Assembly: GCA_964016885.1 (NCBI GenBank)
Contig: OZ024761.1
Coordinates: 10,912,001-10,976,000 of the forward strand
DNA from: Eledone cirrhosa
Lineage: Eukaryota
DNA: 64,000 nucleotides
Direction of reading: 5' to 3'
Shown here: in pieces, positions 49,630 to 63,481 of the stretch
Layout: the number at the start of each line of letters is the position of its first letter
How positions within the stretch are numbered: position 1 is the stretch's first letter
Translations under genes and position numbers: made by a program
The notes under the pieces: generated by a model
Told to the model about the DNA's origin: nothing
The model's database searches: none
What the model saw: only the letters and a program-made list of their open reading frames with translations

Positions 49630-52600
49630 TCCCAACATCTGGGACGGGAGAGGTGTAGCGCAGGACCCAACATCTGGGAGGTCCCTCTGGTTCTCCCTAT
49701 GGAGAGGTGTAGCACAGGACCCAACATCTGGGAGGTCCTGGTTCTCTTTATGGACAGGTGTAGCGCAGGACCCAACATCTGGGAGGTCCCTCTGGTTCTC
49801 CCTATGGAGAGGTGTAGCACAGGACCCAACATCTGGGAGGTCCTGGTTCTCTTTATGGACAGGTGTAGCGCAGGACCCAACATCTGGGAGGTCCTTCTGG
49901 TTCTCCCTATGGAGAGGTGTAGCGCAGGACCCAACATCTGGGAGGTCCTGGTTCTCTTTATGGACAGGTGTAGCACAGGACCCAACATCTGGGAGGTCCT
50001 CCTGGTTCTCCCTATGGACAGGTGTAGCACAGGACCCAACATCTGGGAGGTCCTCCTGGTTCTCCCTGTGGACAGGTGTAGCACAGGACCCAACATCTGG
50101 GAGGTCCCTCTGGTTCTCCCTGTGGACAGGTGTAGCGCAGGACCCAACATCTGGGAGGTCCCTCTGGTTCTCCCTGTGGACAGGTGTAGCACAGGACCCA
50201 ACATCTGGGAGGTCCCTCTGGTTCTCCCTGTGGACAGGTGTAGCGCAGGACCCAACATCTGGGAGGTCCCTCTGGTTCTCCCTGTGGACAGGTGTAGCAC
50301 AGGACCCAACATCTGGGAGGTCCTCCTGGTTCTCCCTATGGACAGGTGTAGCACAGGACCCAACATCTGGGAGGTCCTCCTAGTTCTCCCTGTGGACAGG
50401 TGTAGCACAGGACCCAACATCTGGGAGGTCCCTCTGGTTCTCCCTGTGGACAGGTGTAGCACAGGACCCAACATCTGGGAGGTCCTCCTAGTTCTCCCTG
50501 TGGACAGGTGTAGCACAGGACCCAACATCTGGGAGGTCCCTCTGGTTCTCCCTGTGGACAGGTGTAGCACAGGACCCAACATCTGGGAGGTCCTCCTGGT
50601 TCTCCCTATGGACAGGTGTAGCACAGGACCCAACATCTGGGAGGTCCGCCTAGTTCTCCCTGTGGACAGGTGTAGCACAGGACCCAACATCTGGGAGGTC
50701 CTCCTGGTTCTCCCTATGGACAGGTGTAGCACAGGACCCAACATCTGGGAGGTCCTCCTAGTTCTCCCTGTGGACAGGTGTAGCACAGGACCCAACATCT
50801 GGGAGGTCCTCCTGGTTCTCCCTATGGACAGGTGTAGCACAGGACCCAACATCTGGGAGGTCCTCCTAGTTCTCCCTGTGGACAGGTGTAGCACAGGACC
50901 CAACATCTGGGAGGTCCTGGTTCTCCCTGTGGACAGGTGTAGCACAGGACCCAACATCTGGGAGGTCCCTCTGGTTCTCCCTGTGGACAGGTGTAGCACA
51001 GGACCCAACATCTGGGAGGTCCTCCTAGTTCTCCCTGTGGACAGGTGTAGCACAGGACCCAACATCTGGGAGGTCCCTCTGGTTCTCCCTGTGGACAGGT
51101 GTAGCGCAGGACCCAACATCTGGGAGGTCCCTATGGTTCTCCCTGTGGACAGGTGTAGCACAGGACCCAACATCTGGGAGGTCCTCCTGGTTCTCCCTAT
51201 GGACAGGTGTAGCACAGGACCCAACATCTGGGAGGTCCCTCTGGTTCTCCCTGTGGACAGGTGTAGCACAGGACCCAACATCTGGGAGGTCCCTCTGGTT
51301 CTCCCTGTGGACAGGTGTAGCACAGGACCCAACATCTGGGAGGTCCCTCTGGTTCTCCCTGTGGACAGGTGTAGCGCAGGACCCAACATCTGGGAGGTCC
51401 CTCTGGTTCTCCCTGTGGACAGGTGTAGCACAGGACCCAACATCTGGGAGGTCCTCCTGGTTCTCCCTATGGACAGGTGTAGCACAGGACCCAACATCTG
51501 GGAGGTCCCTCTGGTTCTCCCTGTGGACAGGTGTAGCACAGGACCCAACATCTGGGAGGTCCCTCTGGTTCACCCTGTGGACAGGTGTAGCACAGGACCC
51601 AACATCTGGGAGGTCCTCCTGGTTCTCCCTATGGACAGGTGTAGCACAGGACCCAACATCTGGGAGGTCCTCCTAGTTCTCCCTGTGGACAGGTGTAGCA
51701 CAGGACCCAACATCTGGGAGGTCCCTCTGGTTCTCCCTGTGGACAGGTGTAGCACAGGACCCAACATCTGGGAGGTCCTCCTGGTTCTCCCTATGGACAG
51801 GTGTAGCACAGGACCCAACATCTGGGAGGTCCTCCTGGTTCTCCCTATGGACAGGTGTAGCACAGGACCCAACATCTGGGAGGTCCCTCTGGTTCTCCCT
51901 GTGGACAGGTGTAGCACAGGACCCAACATCTGGGAGGTCCTCCTGGTTCTCCCTATGGACAGGTGTAGCACAGGACCCAACATCTGGGAGGTCCCTCTGG
52001 TTCTCCCTGTGGACAGGTGTAGCACAGGACCCAACATCTGGGAGGTCCTCCTGGTTCTCCCTATGGACAGGTGTAGCACAGGACCCAACATCTGGGAGGT
52101 CCTCCTAGTTCTCCCTGTGGACAGGTGTAGCACAGGACCCAACATCTGGGAGGTCCCTCTGGTTCTCCCTGTGGACAGGTGTAGCACAGGACCCAACATC
52201 TGGGAGGTCCTCCTGGTTCTCCCTATGGACAGGTGTAGCACAGGACCCAACATCTGGGAGGTCCTCCTAGTTCTCCCTGTGGACAGGTGTAGCACAGGAC
52301 CCAACATCTGGGAGGTCCTCCTGGTTCTCCCTATGGACAGGTGTAGCACAGGACCCAACATCTGGGAGGTCCTCCTAGTTCTCCCTGTGGACAGGTGTAG
52401 CACAGGACTCAACATCTGGGAGGTCCTCCTGGTTCTCCCTATGGACAGGTGTAGCACAGGACCCAACATCTGGGAGGTCCTCCTAGTTCTCCCTGTGGAC
52501 AGGTGTAGCACAGGACCCAACATCTGGGAGGTCCTGGTTCTCCCTGTGGACAGGTGTAGCACAGGACCCAACATCTGGGAGGTCCCTCTGGTTCTCCCTG

Positions 52601-55600
52601 TGGACAGGTGTAGCACAGGACCCAACATCTGGGAGGTCCTCCTAGTTCTCCCTGTGGACAGGTGTAGCACAGGACCCAACATCTGGGAGGTCCCTCTGGT
52701 TCTCCCTGTGGACAGGTGTAGCACAGGACCCAACATCTGGGAGGTCCCTCTGGTTCTCCCTGTGGACAGGTGTAGCGCAGGACCCAACATCTGGGAGGTC
52801 CCTCTGGTTCTCCCTGTGGACAGGTGTAGCACAGGACCCAACATCTGGGAGGTCCTCCTGGTTCTCCCTATGGACAGGTGTAGCACAGGACCCAACATCT
52901 GGGAGGTCCCTCTGGTTCTCCCTGTGGACAGGTGTAGCACAGGACCCAACATCTGGGAGGTCCCTCTGGTTCTCCCTGTGGACAGGTGTAGCACAGGACC
53001 CAACATCTGGGAGGTCCCTCTGGTTCTCCCTGTGGACAGGTGTAGCACAGGACCCAACATCTGGGAGGTCCTCCTGGTTCTCCCTATGGACAGGTGTAGC
53101 ACAGGACCCAACATCTGGGAGGTCCTCCTAGTTCTCCCTGTGGACAGGTGTAGCACAGGACCCAACATCTGGGAGGTCCCTCTGGTTCTCCCTGTGGACA
53201 GGTGTAGCACAGGACCCAACATCTGGGAGGTCCTCCTGGTTCTCCCTATGGACAGGTGTAGCACAGGACCCAACATCTGGGAGGTCCTCCTAGTTCTCCC
53301 TGTGGACAGGTGTAGCACAGGACCCAACATCTGGGAGGTCCTCCTGGTTCTCCCTATGGACAGGTGTAGCACAGGACCCAACATCTGGGAGGTCCTCCTA
53401 GTTCTCCCTGTGGACAGGTGTAGCACAGGACCCAACATCTGGGAGGTCCTGGTTCTCCCTGTGGACAGGTGTAGCACAGGACCCAACATCTGGGAGGTCC
53501 CTCTGGTTCTCCCTGTGGACAGGTGTAGCACAGGACCCAACATCTGGGAGGTCCTCCTAGTTCTCCCTGTGGACAGGTGTAGCACAGGACCCAACATCTG
53601 GGAGGTCCCTCTGGTTCTCCCTGTGGACAGGTGTAGCACAGGACCCAACATCTGGGAGGTCCCTCTGGTTCTCCCTGTGGACAGGTGTAGCGCAGGACCC
53701 AACATCTGGGAGGTCCCTCTGGTTCTCCCTGTGGACAGGTGTAGCACAGGACCCAACATCTGGGAGGTCCTTCTGGTTCTCTTTATGGACAGGTGTAGCA
53801 CAGGACCCAACATCTGGGATGTCCCTCTGGTTCTCCCTGTGGACAGGTGTAGCGCAGGACCCAACATCTGGGAGGTCCTCCTGGTTCTCCCTATGGACAG
53901 GTGTAGCACAGGACCCAACATCTGGGAGGTCCCTCTGGTTCTCCCTGTGGACAGGTGTAGCACAGGACCCAACATCTGGGAGGTCCTCCTGGTTCTCCCT
54001 ATGGACAGGTGTAGCACAGGACCCAACATCTGGGAGGTCCCTCTGGTTCTCCCTATGGACAGGTGTAGCACAGGACCCAACATCTGGGAGGTCCCTCTGG
54101 TTCTCCCTGTGGACAGGTGTAGCACAGGACCCAACATCTGGGAGGTCCTCCTGGTTCTCCCTATGGACAGGTGTAGCACAGGACCCAACATCTGGGAGGT
54201 CCCTCTGGTTCTCCCTGTGGACAGGTGTAGCACAGGACCCAACATCTGGGAGGTCCCTCTGGTTCTCCCTGTGGACAGGTGTAGCACAGGACCCAACATC
54301 TGGGAGGTCCTCCTGGTTCTCCCTATGGACAGGTGTAGCACAGGACCCAACATCTGGGAGGTCCTCCTAGTTCTCCCTGTGGACAGGTGTAGCACAGGAC
54401 CCAACATCTGGGAGGTCCTCCTGGTTCTCCCTATGGACAGGTGTAGCACAGGACCCAACATCTGGGAGGTCCTCCTAGTTCTCCCTGTGGACAGGTGTAG
54501 CACAGGACCCAACATCTGGGAGGTCCTCCTGGTTCTCCCTATGGACAGGTGTAGCACAGGACCCAACATCTGGGAGGTCCTCCTAGTTCTCCCTGTGGAC
54601 AGGTGTAGCACAGGACCCAACATCTGGGAGGTCCTGGTTCTCCCTGTGGACAGGTGTAGCACAGGACCCAACATCTGGGAGGTCCCTCTGGTTCTCCCTG
54701 TGGACAGGTGTAGCACAGGACCCAACATCTGGGAGGTCCTCCTAGTTCTCCCTGTGGACAGGTGTAGCACAGGACCCAACATCTGGGAGGTCCCTCTGGT
54801 TCTCCCTGTGGACAGGTGTAGCACAGGACCCAACATCTGGGAGGTCCCTCTGGTTCTCCCTGTGGACAGGTGTAGCGCAGGACCCAACATCTGGGAGGTC
54901 CCTCTGGTTCTCCCTGTGGACAGGTGTAGCACAGGACCCAACATCTGGGAGGTCCTCCTGGTTCTCCCTATGGACAGGTGTAGCACAGGACCCAACATCT
55001 GGGAGGTCCCTCTGGTTCTCCCTGTGGACAGGTGTAGCACAGGACCCAACATCTGGGAGGTCCCTCTGGTTCTCCCTGTGGACAGGTGTAGCACAGGACC
55101 CAACATCTGGGAGGTCCCTCTGGTTCTCCCTGTGGACAGGTGTAGCACAGGACCCAACATCTGGGAGGTCCTCCTGGTTCTCCCTATGGACAGGTGTAGC
55201 ACAGGACCCAACATCTGGGAGGTCCTCCTAGTTCTCCCTGTGGACAGGTGTAGCACAGGACCCAACATCTGGGAGGTCCCTCTGGTTCTCCCTGTGGACA
55301 GGTGTAGCACAGGACCCAACATCTGGGAGGTCCTCCTGGTTCTCCCTATGGACAGGTGTAGCACAGGACCCAACATCTGGGAGGTCCTCCTAGTTCTCCC
55401 TGTGGACAGGTGTAGCACAGGACCCAACATCTGGGAGGTCCTCCTGGTTCTCCCTATGGTCAGGTGTAGCACAGGACCCAACATCTGGGAGGTCCTCCTA
55501 GTTCTCCCTGTGGACAGGTGTAGCACAGGACCCAACATCTGTGAGGTCCTGGTTCTCCCTGTGGACAGGTGTAGCACAGGACCCAACATCTGGGAGGTCC

Positions 55601-58540
55601 CTCTGGTTCTCCCTGTGGACAGGTGTAGCACAGGACCCAACATCTGGGAGGTCCTCCTAGTTCTCCCTGTGGACAGGTGTAGCACAGGACCCAACATCTG
55701 GGAGGTCCCTCTGGTTCTCCCTGTGGACAGGTGTAGCACAGGACCCAACATCTGGGAGGTCCCTCTGGTTCTCCCTGTGGACAGGTGTAGCGCAGGACCC
55801 AACATCTGGGAGGTCCCTCTGGTTCTCCCTGTGGACAGGTGTAGCACAGGACCCAACATCTGGGAGGTCCTTCTGGTTCTCTTTATGGACAGGTGTAGCA
55901 CAGGACCCAACATCTGGGATGTCCCTCTGGTTCTCCCTGTGGACAGGTGTAGCGCAGGACCCAACATCTGGGAGGTCCTTCTGGTTCTCCCTATGGACAG
56001 GTGTAGCACAGGACCCAACATCTGGGAGGTCCTGGTTCTCTTTATGGACAGGTGTAGCGCAGGACCCAACATCTGGGAGGTCCTGGTTCTCTTTATGGAC
56101 AGGTGTAGCACAGGACCCAACATCTGGGAGGTCCCTCTGGTTCTCCCTATGGACAGGTGTAGCACAGGACCCAACATCTGGGAGGTCCTGGTTCTCTTTA
56201 TGGACAGGTGTAGCGCAGGACCCAACATCTGGGAGGTCCTGGTTCTCTTTATGGACAGGTGTAGCGCAGGACCCAACATCTGGGAGGTCCCTCTGGTTCT
56301 CCCTGTGGACAGGTGTAGCACAGGACCCAACATCTGGGAGGTCCTGGTTCTCTTTATGGACAGGTGTAGCGCAGGACCCAACATCTGGGAGGTCCCTCTG
56401 GTTCTCCCTGTGGACAGGTGTAGCACAGGACCCAACATCTGGGAGGTCCTTCTGGTTCTCTTTATGGACAGGTGTAGCACAGGACCCAACATCTGGGAGG
56501 TCCCTCTGGTTCTCCCTGTGGACAGGTGTAGCGCAGGACCCAACATCTGGGAGGTCCCTCTGGTTCTCCCTATGGACAGGTGTAGCACGGACCCAACATC
56601 TGGGAGGTCCTTCTGGTTCTCCCTATGGACAGGTGTAGCACAGGACCCAACATCTGGGAGGTTCCTCTGGTTCTCCCTGTGGACAGGTGTAGCGCAGGAC
56701 CCAACATCTGGGAGGTCCTGGTTCTCTTTATGGACAGGTGTAGCACAGGACCCAACATCTGGGAGGTCCTGGTTCTCCCTGTGGACAGGTGTAGCACAGG
56801 ACCCAACATCTGGGAGGTCCCTCTGGTTCTCCCTGTGGACAGGTGTAGCGCAGGACCCAACATCTGGGAAGTCCTTCTGGTTCTCCCTGTGGACAGGTGT
56901 AGCGCAGGACCCAACATCTGGGAGGTCCCTCTGGTTCTCCCTGTGGACAGGTGTAGCGCAGGACCCAACATCTGGGAAGTCCTTCTAGTTCTCCCTATGG
57001 AGAGGTGTAGCACAGGACCCAACATCTGGGAGGTCCTTCTGGTTCTCCCTGTGGACAGGTGTAGCGCAGGACCCAACATCTGGGAGGTCCCTCTGGTTCT
57101 CCCTGTGGACAGGTGTAGCGCAGGACCCAACATCTGGGAGGTCCCTCTGGTTCTCCCTGTGGACAGGTGTAGCGCAGGACCCAACATCTGGGAGGTCCCT
57201 CTGGTTCTCCCTGTGGACAGGTGTAGCACAGGACCCAATATCTGGGAGGTCCTTCTGGTTCTCTTTATGGACAGGTGTAGCGCAGGACCCAACATCTGGG
57301 AGGTCCCTCTGGTTCTCCCTGTGGACAGGTGTAGCACAGGACCCAACATCTGGGAGGTCCCTCTGGTTCTCCCTGTGGACAGGTGTAGCGCAAGACCCAA
57401 CATCTGGGAGGTCCCTCTGGTTCTCCCTGTGGACAGGTGTAGCACAGGACCCAACATCTGGGAGGTCCCTCTGGTTCTCCCTGTGGACAGGTGTAGCGCA
57501 GGACCCAACATCTGGGAGGTCCCTCTGGTTCTCCCTGTGGACAGGTGTAGCGCAGGACCCAACATCTGGGAGGTCCCTCTGGTTCTCCCTGTGGACAGGT
57601 GTAGCGCAGGACCCAACATCTGGGAGGTCCCTCTGGTTCTCCCTGTGGACAGGTGTAGCGCAGGACCCAACATCTGGGAGGTCCCTCTGGTTCTCCCTGT
57701 GGACAGGTGTAGCACAGGACCCAACATCTGGGAGGTCCCTCTGGTTCTCCCTGTGGACAGGTGTAGCGCAGGACCCAACATCTGGGAGGTCCTTCTGGTT
57801 CTCTTTATGGACAGCTGTAGCACAGGACCCAACATCTGGGAGGTCCCTCTGGTTCTCCCTGTGGACAGGTGTAGCACAGGACCCAACATCTGGGAGGTCC
57901 CTCTGGTTCTCCCTGTGGACAGGTGTAGAGCAGGACCCAACATCTGGGAGGTCCCTCTGGTTCTCCCTGTGGACAGGTGTAGAGCAGGACCCAACATCTG
58001 GGAGGTCCCTCCTGGTTCTCCCTGTGGACAGGTGTAGCACAGGACCCAACATCTGGGAGGTCCTCTGGTTCTCCCTGTGGACAGGTGTAGAGCAGGACCC
58101 AACATCTGGGAGGTCCCTCTGGTTCTCCCTGTGGACAGGTGTAGCACAGGACCCAACATCTGGGAGGTCCTTCTGGTTCTCTTTATGGACAGGTGTAGCG
58201 CAGGACCCAACATCTGGGAGGTTCTTCTGGTTCTCCCTATGGACAGGTGTAGCACAGGACCCAACATCTGGGAGGTCCTTCTGGTTCTCCCTATGGACAG
58301 GTGTAGCACAGGACCCAACATCTGGGAGGTCCCTCTGGTTCTCCCTGTGGACAGGTGTAGCACAGGACCCAACATCTGGGAGGTCCTCCTGGTTCTCCCT
58401 ATGGACAGGTGTAGCACAGGACCCAACATCTGGGAGGTCCCTCTGGTTCTCCCTATGGACAGGTGTAGCACAGGACCCAACATCTGGGAGGTCCTTCTGG
58501 TTCTCTTTATGGACAGGTGTAGCACAAGATCCAACATCTA
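49630..58540. repeat. 54-bp satellite (51-bp variants), ~165 copies, in SUPT4H1 intron 1
   Basis: Unit GGACAGGTGTAGCACAGGACCCAACATCTGGGAGGTCCCTCTGGTTCTCCCTGT. Confidence 0.97.
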
Positions 58541-58561
58541 CCCCCATAGTGCAGTCTAGTC

Positions 58562-60317
58562 AGTTTATTTAGTGTTGGTGTTTCTCTGATGTCCAGTTTA
58601 GTCAGTTGTTGACCACTAGAGTCAGTTGTATATTTAGTGTTGGTGTTTCTCTGATGTCCAGTTTAGTCAGTTGTTGACCACTAGAGTCAGTTGTATATTT
58701 AGTGTTGGTGTTTCTCTGATGTCCAGTTTAGCCAGTTGTTGACCACTAGAGTCAGTTGTATATTTAGTGTTGGTGTTTCTCTGATGTCCAGTTTAGTCAG
58801 TTGTTGACCACTAGAGTCAGTTGTATATTTAGTGTTGGTGTTACTCTGATGTCCAGTTTAGTCAGTTGTTGACCACTAGAGTCAGTTGTATATTTAGTGT
58901 TGGTGTTTCTCTGATGTCCAGTTTAGTCAGTTGTTGACCACTAGAGTCAGTTGTATATTTAGTGTTGGTGTTTCTCTGATGTCCAGTTTAGTCAGTTGTT
59001 GACCACTAGAGTCAGTTGTATATTTAGTGTTGGTGTTTCTCTGATGTCCAGTTTAGCCAGTTGTTGACCACTAGAGTCAGTTGTATATTTAGTGTTGGTG
59101 TTTCTCTGATGTCCAGTTTAGCCAGTTGTTGACCACTAGAGTCAGTTGTATATTTAGTGTTGGTGTTTCTCTGATGTTCAGTTTAGTCAGTTGTTGACCA
59201 CTAGAGTCAGTTGTATATTTAGTGTTGGTGTTTCTCTGATGTCCAGTTTAGCCAGTTGTTGACCACTAGAGTCAGTTGTATATTTAGGGTTGGTGTTTCT
59301 CTGATGTCCAGTTTAGTCAGTTGACCACTAGAGTCAGTTGTATATTTAGTGTTGGTGTTTCTCTGATGTCCAGTTTAGCCAGTTGTTGACCACTAGAGTC
59401 AGTTGTATATTTAGTGTTGGTGTTTCTCTGTCCAGTTTAGTCAGTTGTTGACCACTAGAGTCAGTTGTATATTTAGTGTTGGTGTTTCTCTGATGTCCAG
59501 TTTAGCCAGTTGTTGACCACTAGAGTCAGTTGTATATTTAGTGTTGGTGTTTCTCTGATGTCCAGTTTAGCCAGTTGTTGACCACTAGAGTCAGTTGTAT
59601 ATTTAGTGTTGGTGTTTCTCTGATGTCCAGTTTAGTCAGTTGTATATTTAGTGTTGGTGTTTCTCTGATGTCCAGTTTAGTCAGTTGTTGACCACTAGAT
59701 TCAGTTGTATATTTAGTGTTGGTGTTTCTCTGATGTCCAGTTTAGCCGGTTGTTGACCACTAGAGTCCGTTGTATATTTAGTGTTGGTGTTTCTCTGATG
59801 TCCAGTTTAGCCGGTTGTTGACCACTAGAGTCAGTTGTATATTTAGTGTTGGTGTTTCTCTGATGTCCAGTTTAGTCAGTTGTTGACCACTAGAGTCAGT
59901 TGTATATTTAGTGTTGGTGTTTCTCTGATGTCCAGTTTAGTCAGTTGTTGACCACTAGAGTCCGTTGTATATTTAGTGTTGGTGTTTCTCTGATGTCCAG
60001 TTTAGCCGGTTGTTGACCACTAGAGTCCGTTGTATATTTAGTGTTGGTGTTTCTCTGATGTCCAGTTTAGCCAGTTGTTGACCACTAGAGTCAGTTGTAT
60101 ATTTAGTGTTGGTGTTTCTCTGATGTCCAGTTTAGCCAGTTGTTGACCACTAGAGTCAGTTGTATATTTAGTGTTGGTGTTTCTCTGATGTCCAGTTTAG
60201 CCAGTTGTTGACCACTAGAGTCAGTTGTATATTTAGTGTTGGTGTTTCTCTGATGTCCAGTTTAGTCAGTTGTTGACCACCAGAGTCAGTTGTATATTTA
60301 GTGTTGGTGTTTCTCTG
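58562..60317. repeat. 65-bp satellite (~27 copies) ending in the SUPT4H1 exon 2 polypyrimidine tract
   Basis: Unit GTGTTGGTGTTTCTCTGATGTCCAGTTTAGTCAGTTGTTGACCACTAGAGTCAGTTGTATATTTA. Confidence 0.96.
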
Positions 60318-60324
60318 TTTGCAG

Positions 60325-60431
60325 ACATTTGACCAGTTTGAATATGAAGGCTGTGATAACTGCGATGACCATCTACACATGAAGAACAACCGAGATGCTG
60401 TCTACGTGTGTACCAGCTCAAACTTTGATGG
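60325..60431 (+). CDS. SUPT4H1: SPT4 coding exon 2 ([36 protein letters not shown]), 107 nt
   Basis: tttgcAG acceptor and GTAAAT donor; matches human [36 protein letters not shown]; supplies the second CxxC zinc pair. Confidence 0.95.
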
Positions 60432-61006
60432 GTAAATATAGAGATTTATACACCCACACACACACACACATATATATATACACCCACACCCACCCACATA
60501 TATATATATATATATACACCCACACACACACATATATATACACCCACACATACACACATATATATATATATACACCCACACCCACCCACATATATATATA
60601 TATATATATACACCCACACACACACATATATATATACACCCACACATACACACATATATATATATATACACCCACACCCACCCACATATATATATATACA
60701 CCCACACACACACATATATATATATATATACACCCACACCCACCCACATATATATATATATATACACCCACACACACACATATATATATATATACACCCA
60801 CACCCACCCACATATATATATATATATATATATACACCCACACACACACACATATATATATATATATACCCACACATACACACATATATATATATATACA
60901 CCCACACCCACCCACATATATATATATATATATACACCCACACACATATATATATATACACCCACACATACACACATATATATATATATATACACCCACA
61001 CCCACC

Positions 61007-61045
<39 letters not shown>

Positions 61046-61256
61046 CCACACACACACATATATATAACCGTACAGTGAATATTTATTATTTGAGATGTGC
61101 GTACCAACTTTGATAGGTAAATATAGGCACACACGTGTGTATATGTATGTATATATCCACTACCCCTACCCTATCCTCCCACTCCCACCACCCTCTCTCT
61201 ATAAAGCTGGTACCACAACATCCAGTCCAAATAAATGAGATAATGAGATCAAGATG

Positions 61257-61950
61257 GTGTAGGTGTCACGAGAAAGAACACACACAGTCCACGCTGTAAT
61301 GTGGCCGTGTAGGTAACACAGTAAAAACCTCCCAGTTCCACACTGTAAACGTGGTTGGTGTTGGGAAGGGCATCCAGCTGTAGAAAGCCCGCCAGACGTG
61401 TAGGTGTCACGAGAAAGAACACACAGTCCACGCTGTAATGTAGCCGTGTAGGTAACACAGTAAAAACCTCCCAGTACACACTGTAAACGTGGTTGGTGTT
61501 GGGAAGGGCATCCAGCTGTAGAAAGCCCGCCAGACGTGTAGGTGTCACGAGAAAGAACACACAGTCCACGCTGTAATGTGGCTGTGTAGGTAACACAGTA
61601 AAAAGGCTCCCAGTTCCACACTGTAAACGTGGTTGGTGTTGGGAAGGGCATCCAGCTGTAGAAAGCCCGCCAGACGTGTAGGTGTCACGAGAAAGAACAC
61701 ACAGTCCACGCTGTAATGTGGCTGTGTAGGTAACACAGTAAAAAGGCTCCCAGTTCCACACTGTAAACGTGGTTGGTGTTGGGAAGGGCATCCAGCTGTA
61801 GAAAGCCCGCCAGACGTGTAGGTGTCACGAGAAAGAACACACAGTCCACGCTGTAATGTGGCTGTGTAGGTAACACAGTAAAACGGCTCCCAGTTCCACA
61901 CTGTAGATGTGGTTGGTGTTAGGAAGAGCATCCAGCCGTAGAAAACCTGC
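61257..61950. repeat. 140-bp tandem repeat (~5 copies) amplified inside a family-3 element (element ends ~62075)
   Basis: GTGTAGGTGTCACGAGAAAGAAC...GGAAGGGCATCCAGCTGTAGAAAGCCCGCCAGAC every ~140 bp; single-copy homologue inverted at 3303-3550. Confidence 0.9.
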
Positions 61951-62099
61951 CAGATAGTCCTATACGAGCGAGACACGGTCACCCGACCAACCTTGCCTCA
62001 AGTGGGACAACTCCCCTCTAACCCATGCTAGCGTGGAAAATGGACGTTAAACAAAGATGATGATGATGATGATATATATTCAGGGTTTCTCCGAAAGGC

Positions 62100-62260
62100 C
62101 TTTGGAGTAAGATTACTCGATAGAGCATGTTGCTCAGATGAGAGAGTCACTCTAGAGCCGCTATTTCTCCAAATTGAGAGACCACAGCTGCGATACTACG
62201 GTCATGTGATTAGAATGTCTCAGGAAAGATGGGCAGATTTTAAGGGCAAAACCAACCGAT
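62100..62260 (+). mobile_element. RTE-like LINE C-terminal fragment
   Basis: LFLQIERPQLRYYGHVIRMSQERWA matches the LRW.GHV.RM motif. Confidence 0.65.
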
Positions 62261-62403
62261 ATAAAAGGTCTCATAGAGTGAAATCAGAATTTTTTGGCTT
62301 AAACTTTAAACTATACTCATAATAAATATATATATATTTTATATATATATATATATATATTTTATATATATATATATATATATATTTTATATATATATAT
62401 ATA

Positions 62404-62475
<72 letters not shown>

Positions 62476-62538
62476 ATATATATATATATATATATTTTAT
62501 ATATATATATATATATATATTTTATATATATATATATA

Positions 62539-62572
<34 letters not shown>

Positions 62573-62850
62573 TTTATATATATATATATATATATTTTAT
62601 ATATATATATATATATATATTTTATATATATATATATATATATTTTATATATATATATATATATATTTTATATATATATATATATATATATTTTATATAT
62701 ATATATTTTATATATATATATATTTTATATATATATATATATATATTTTATATATATATATTTTATATATATATATATATATATTTTATATATATATATA
62801 TATATATTTTATATATATATATATATATATTTTATATATATATATATATA

Positions 62851-62882
<32 letters not shown>

Positions 62883-62978
62883 TTTATATATATATATATA
62901 TTTTACGTAGGTCCCGGGTTGAGTCGGGGATAACCACAGTAAGTAAGGTACTCAATACATGGCAGAGTAAAATTTGTT

Positions 62979-63066
62979 TATTTTATAGAAGGAGCTTCTA
63001 CAGGACTAGTACTGTTTCATCTGAATGAAACAGTACTAGTCCTGTAGAAGCTCCTTCTATAAAATA
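62979..63066. repeat. Perfect palindrome, 42-bp arms, 4-nt loop, in a (TA)n-flanked cassette
   Basis: 62979-63020 is the exact reverse complement of 63025-63066. Confidence 0.93.
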
Positions 63067-63378
63067 TATATATATATATTGTTATATTTGGGGAGGGTCA
63101 TATTTGCGTAATATTGCCAGAATTAATAACAGAACACACTCACTGTTTGGTTGGTTTTCGCTTCTCGCTGTCTTTTATATATATATATCTGCGATCTAAC
63201 TTACTCGGTCCTCAATGTTGCCATTGACTGACCGACGGTCAAAAATAATACAGATACAATATAGACACAAACACATATATATATAGTTTACATAATTTAC
63301 ATAAATCTTTCGTTGCACATCTGCAACATCGTCAGTGGTGTTATATTCATTGTTCCTCCTGTTGTGTTGTATGTCTAC

Positions 63379-63440
<62 letters not shown>

Positions 63441-63481
63441 TTCAAAATATTAATATATATAGACATTCGTGTGATCAAATA

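Noticed and set aside
49699-56988. 2429-aa ORF of 18-aa repeats (DRCSTGPNIWEVPLVLPV)
   Set aside because: Product of a stop-free 54-bp satellite that is open on both strands, lies inside SUPT4H1 intron 1 and is frameshifted near 56588; no unique domain.
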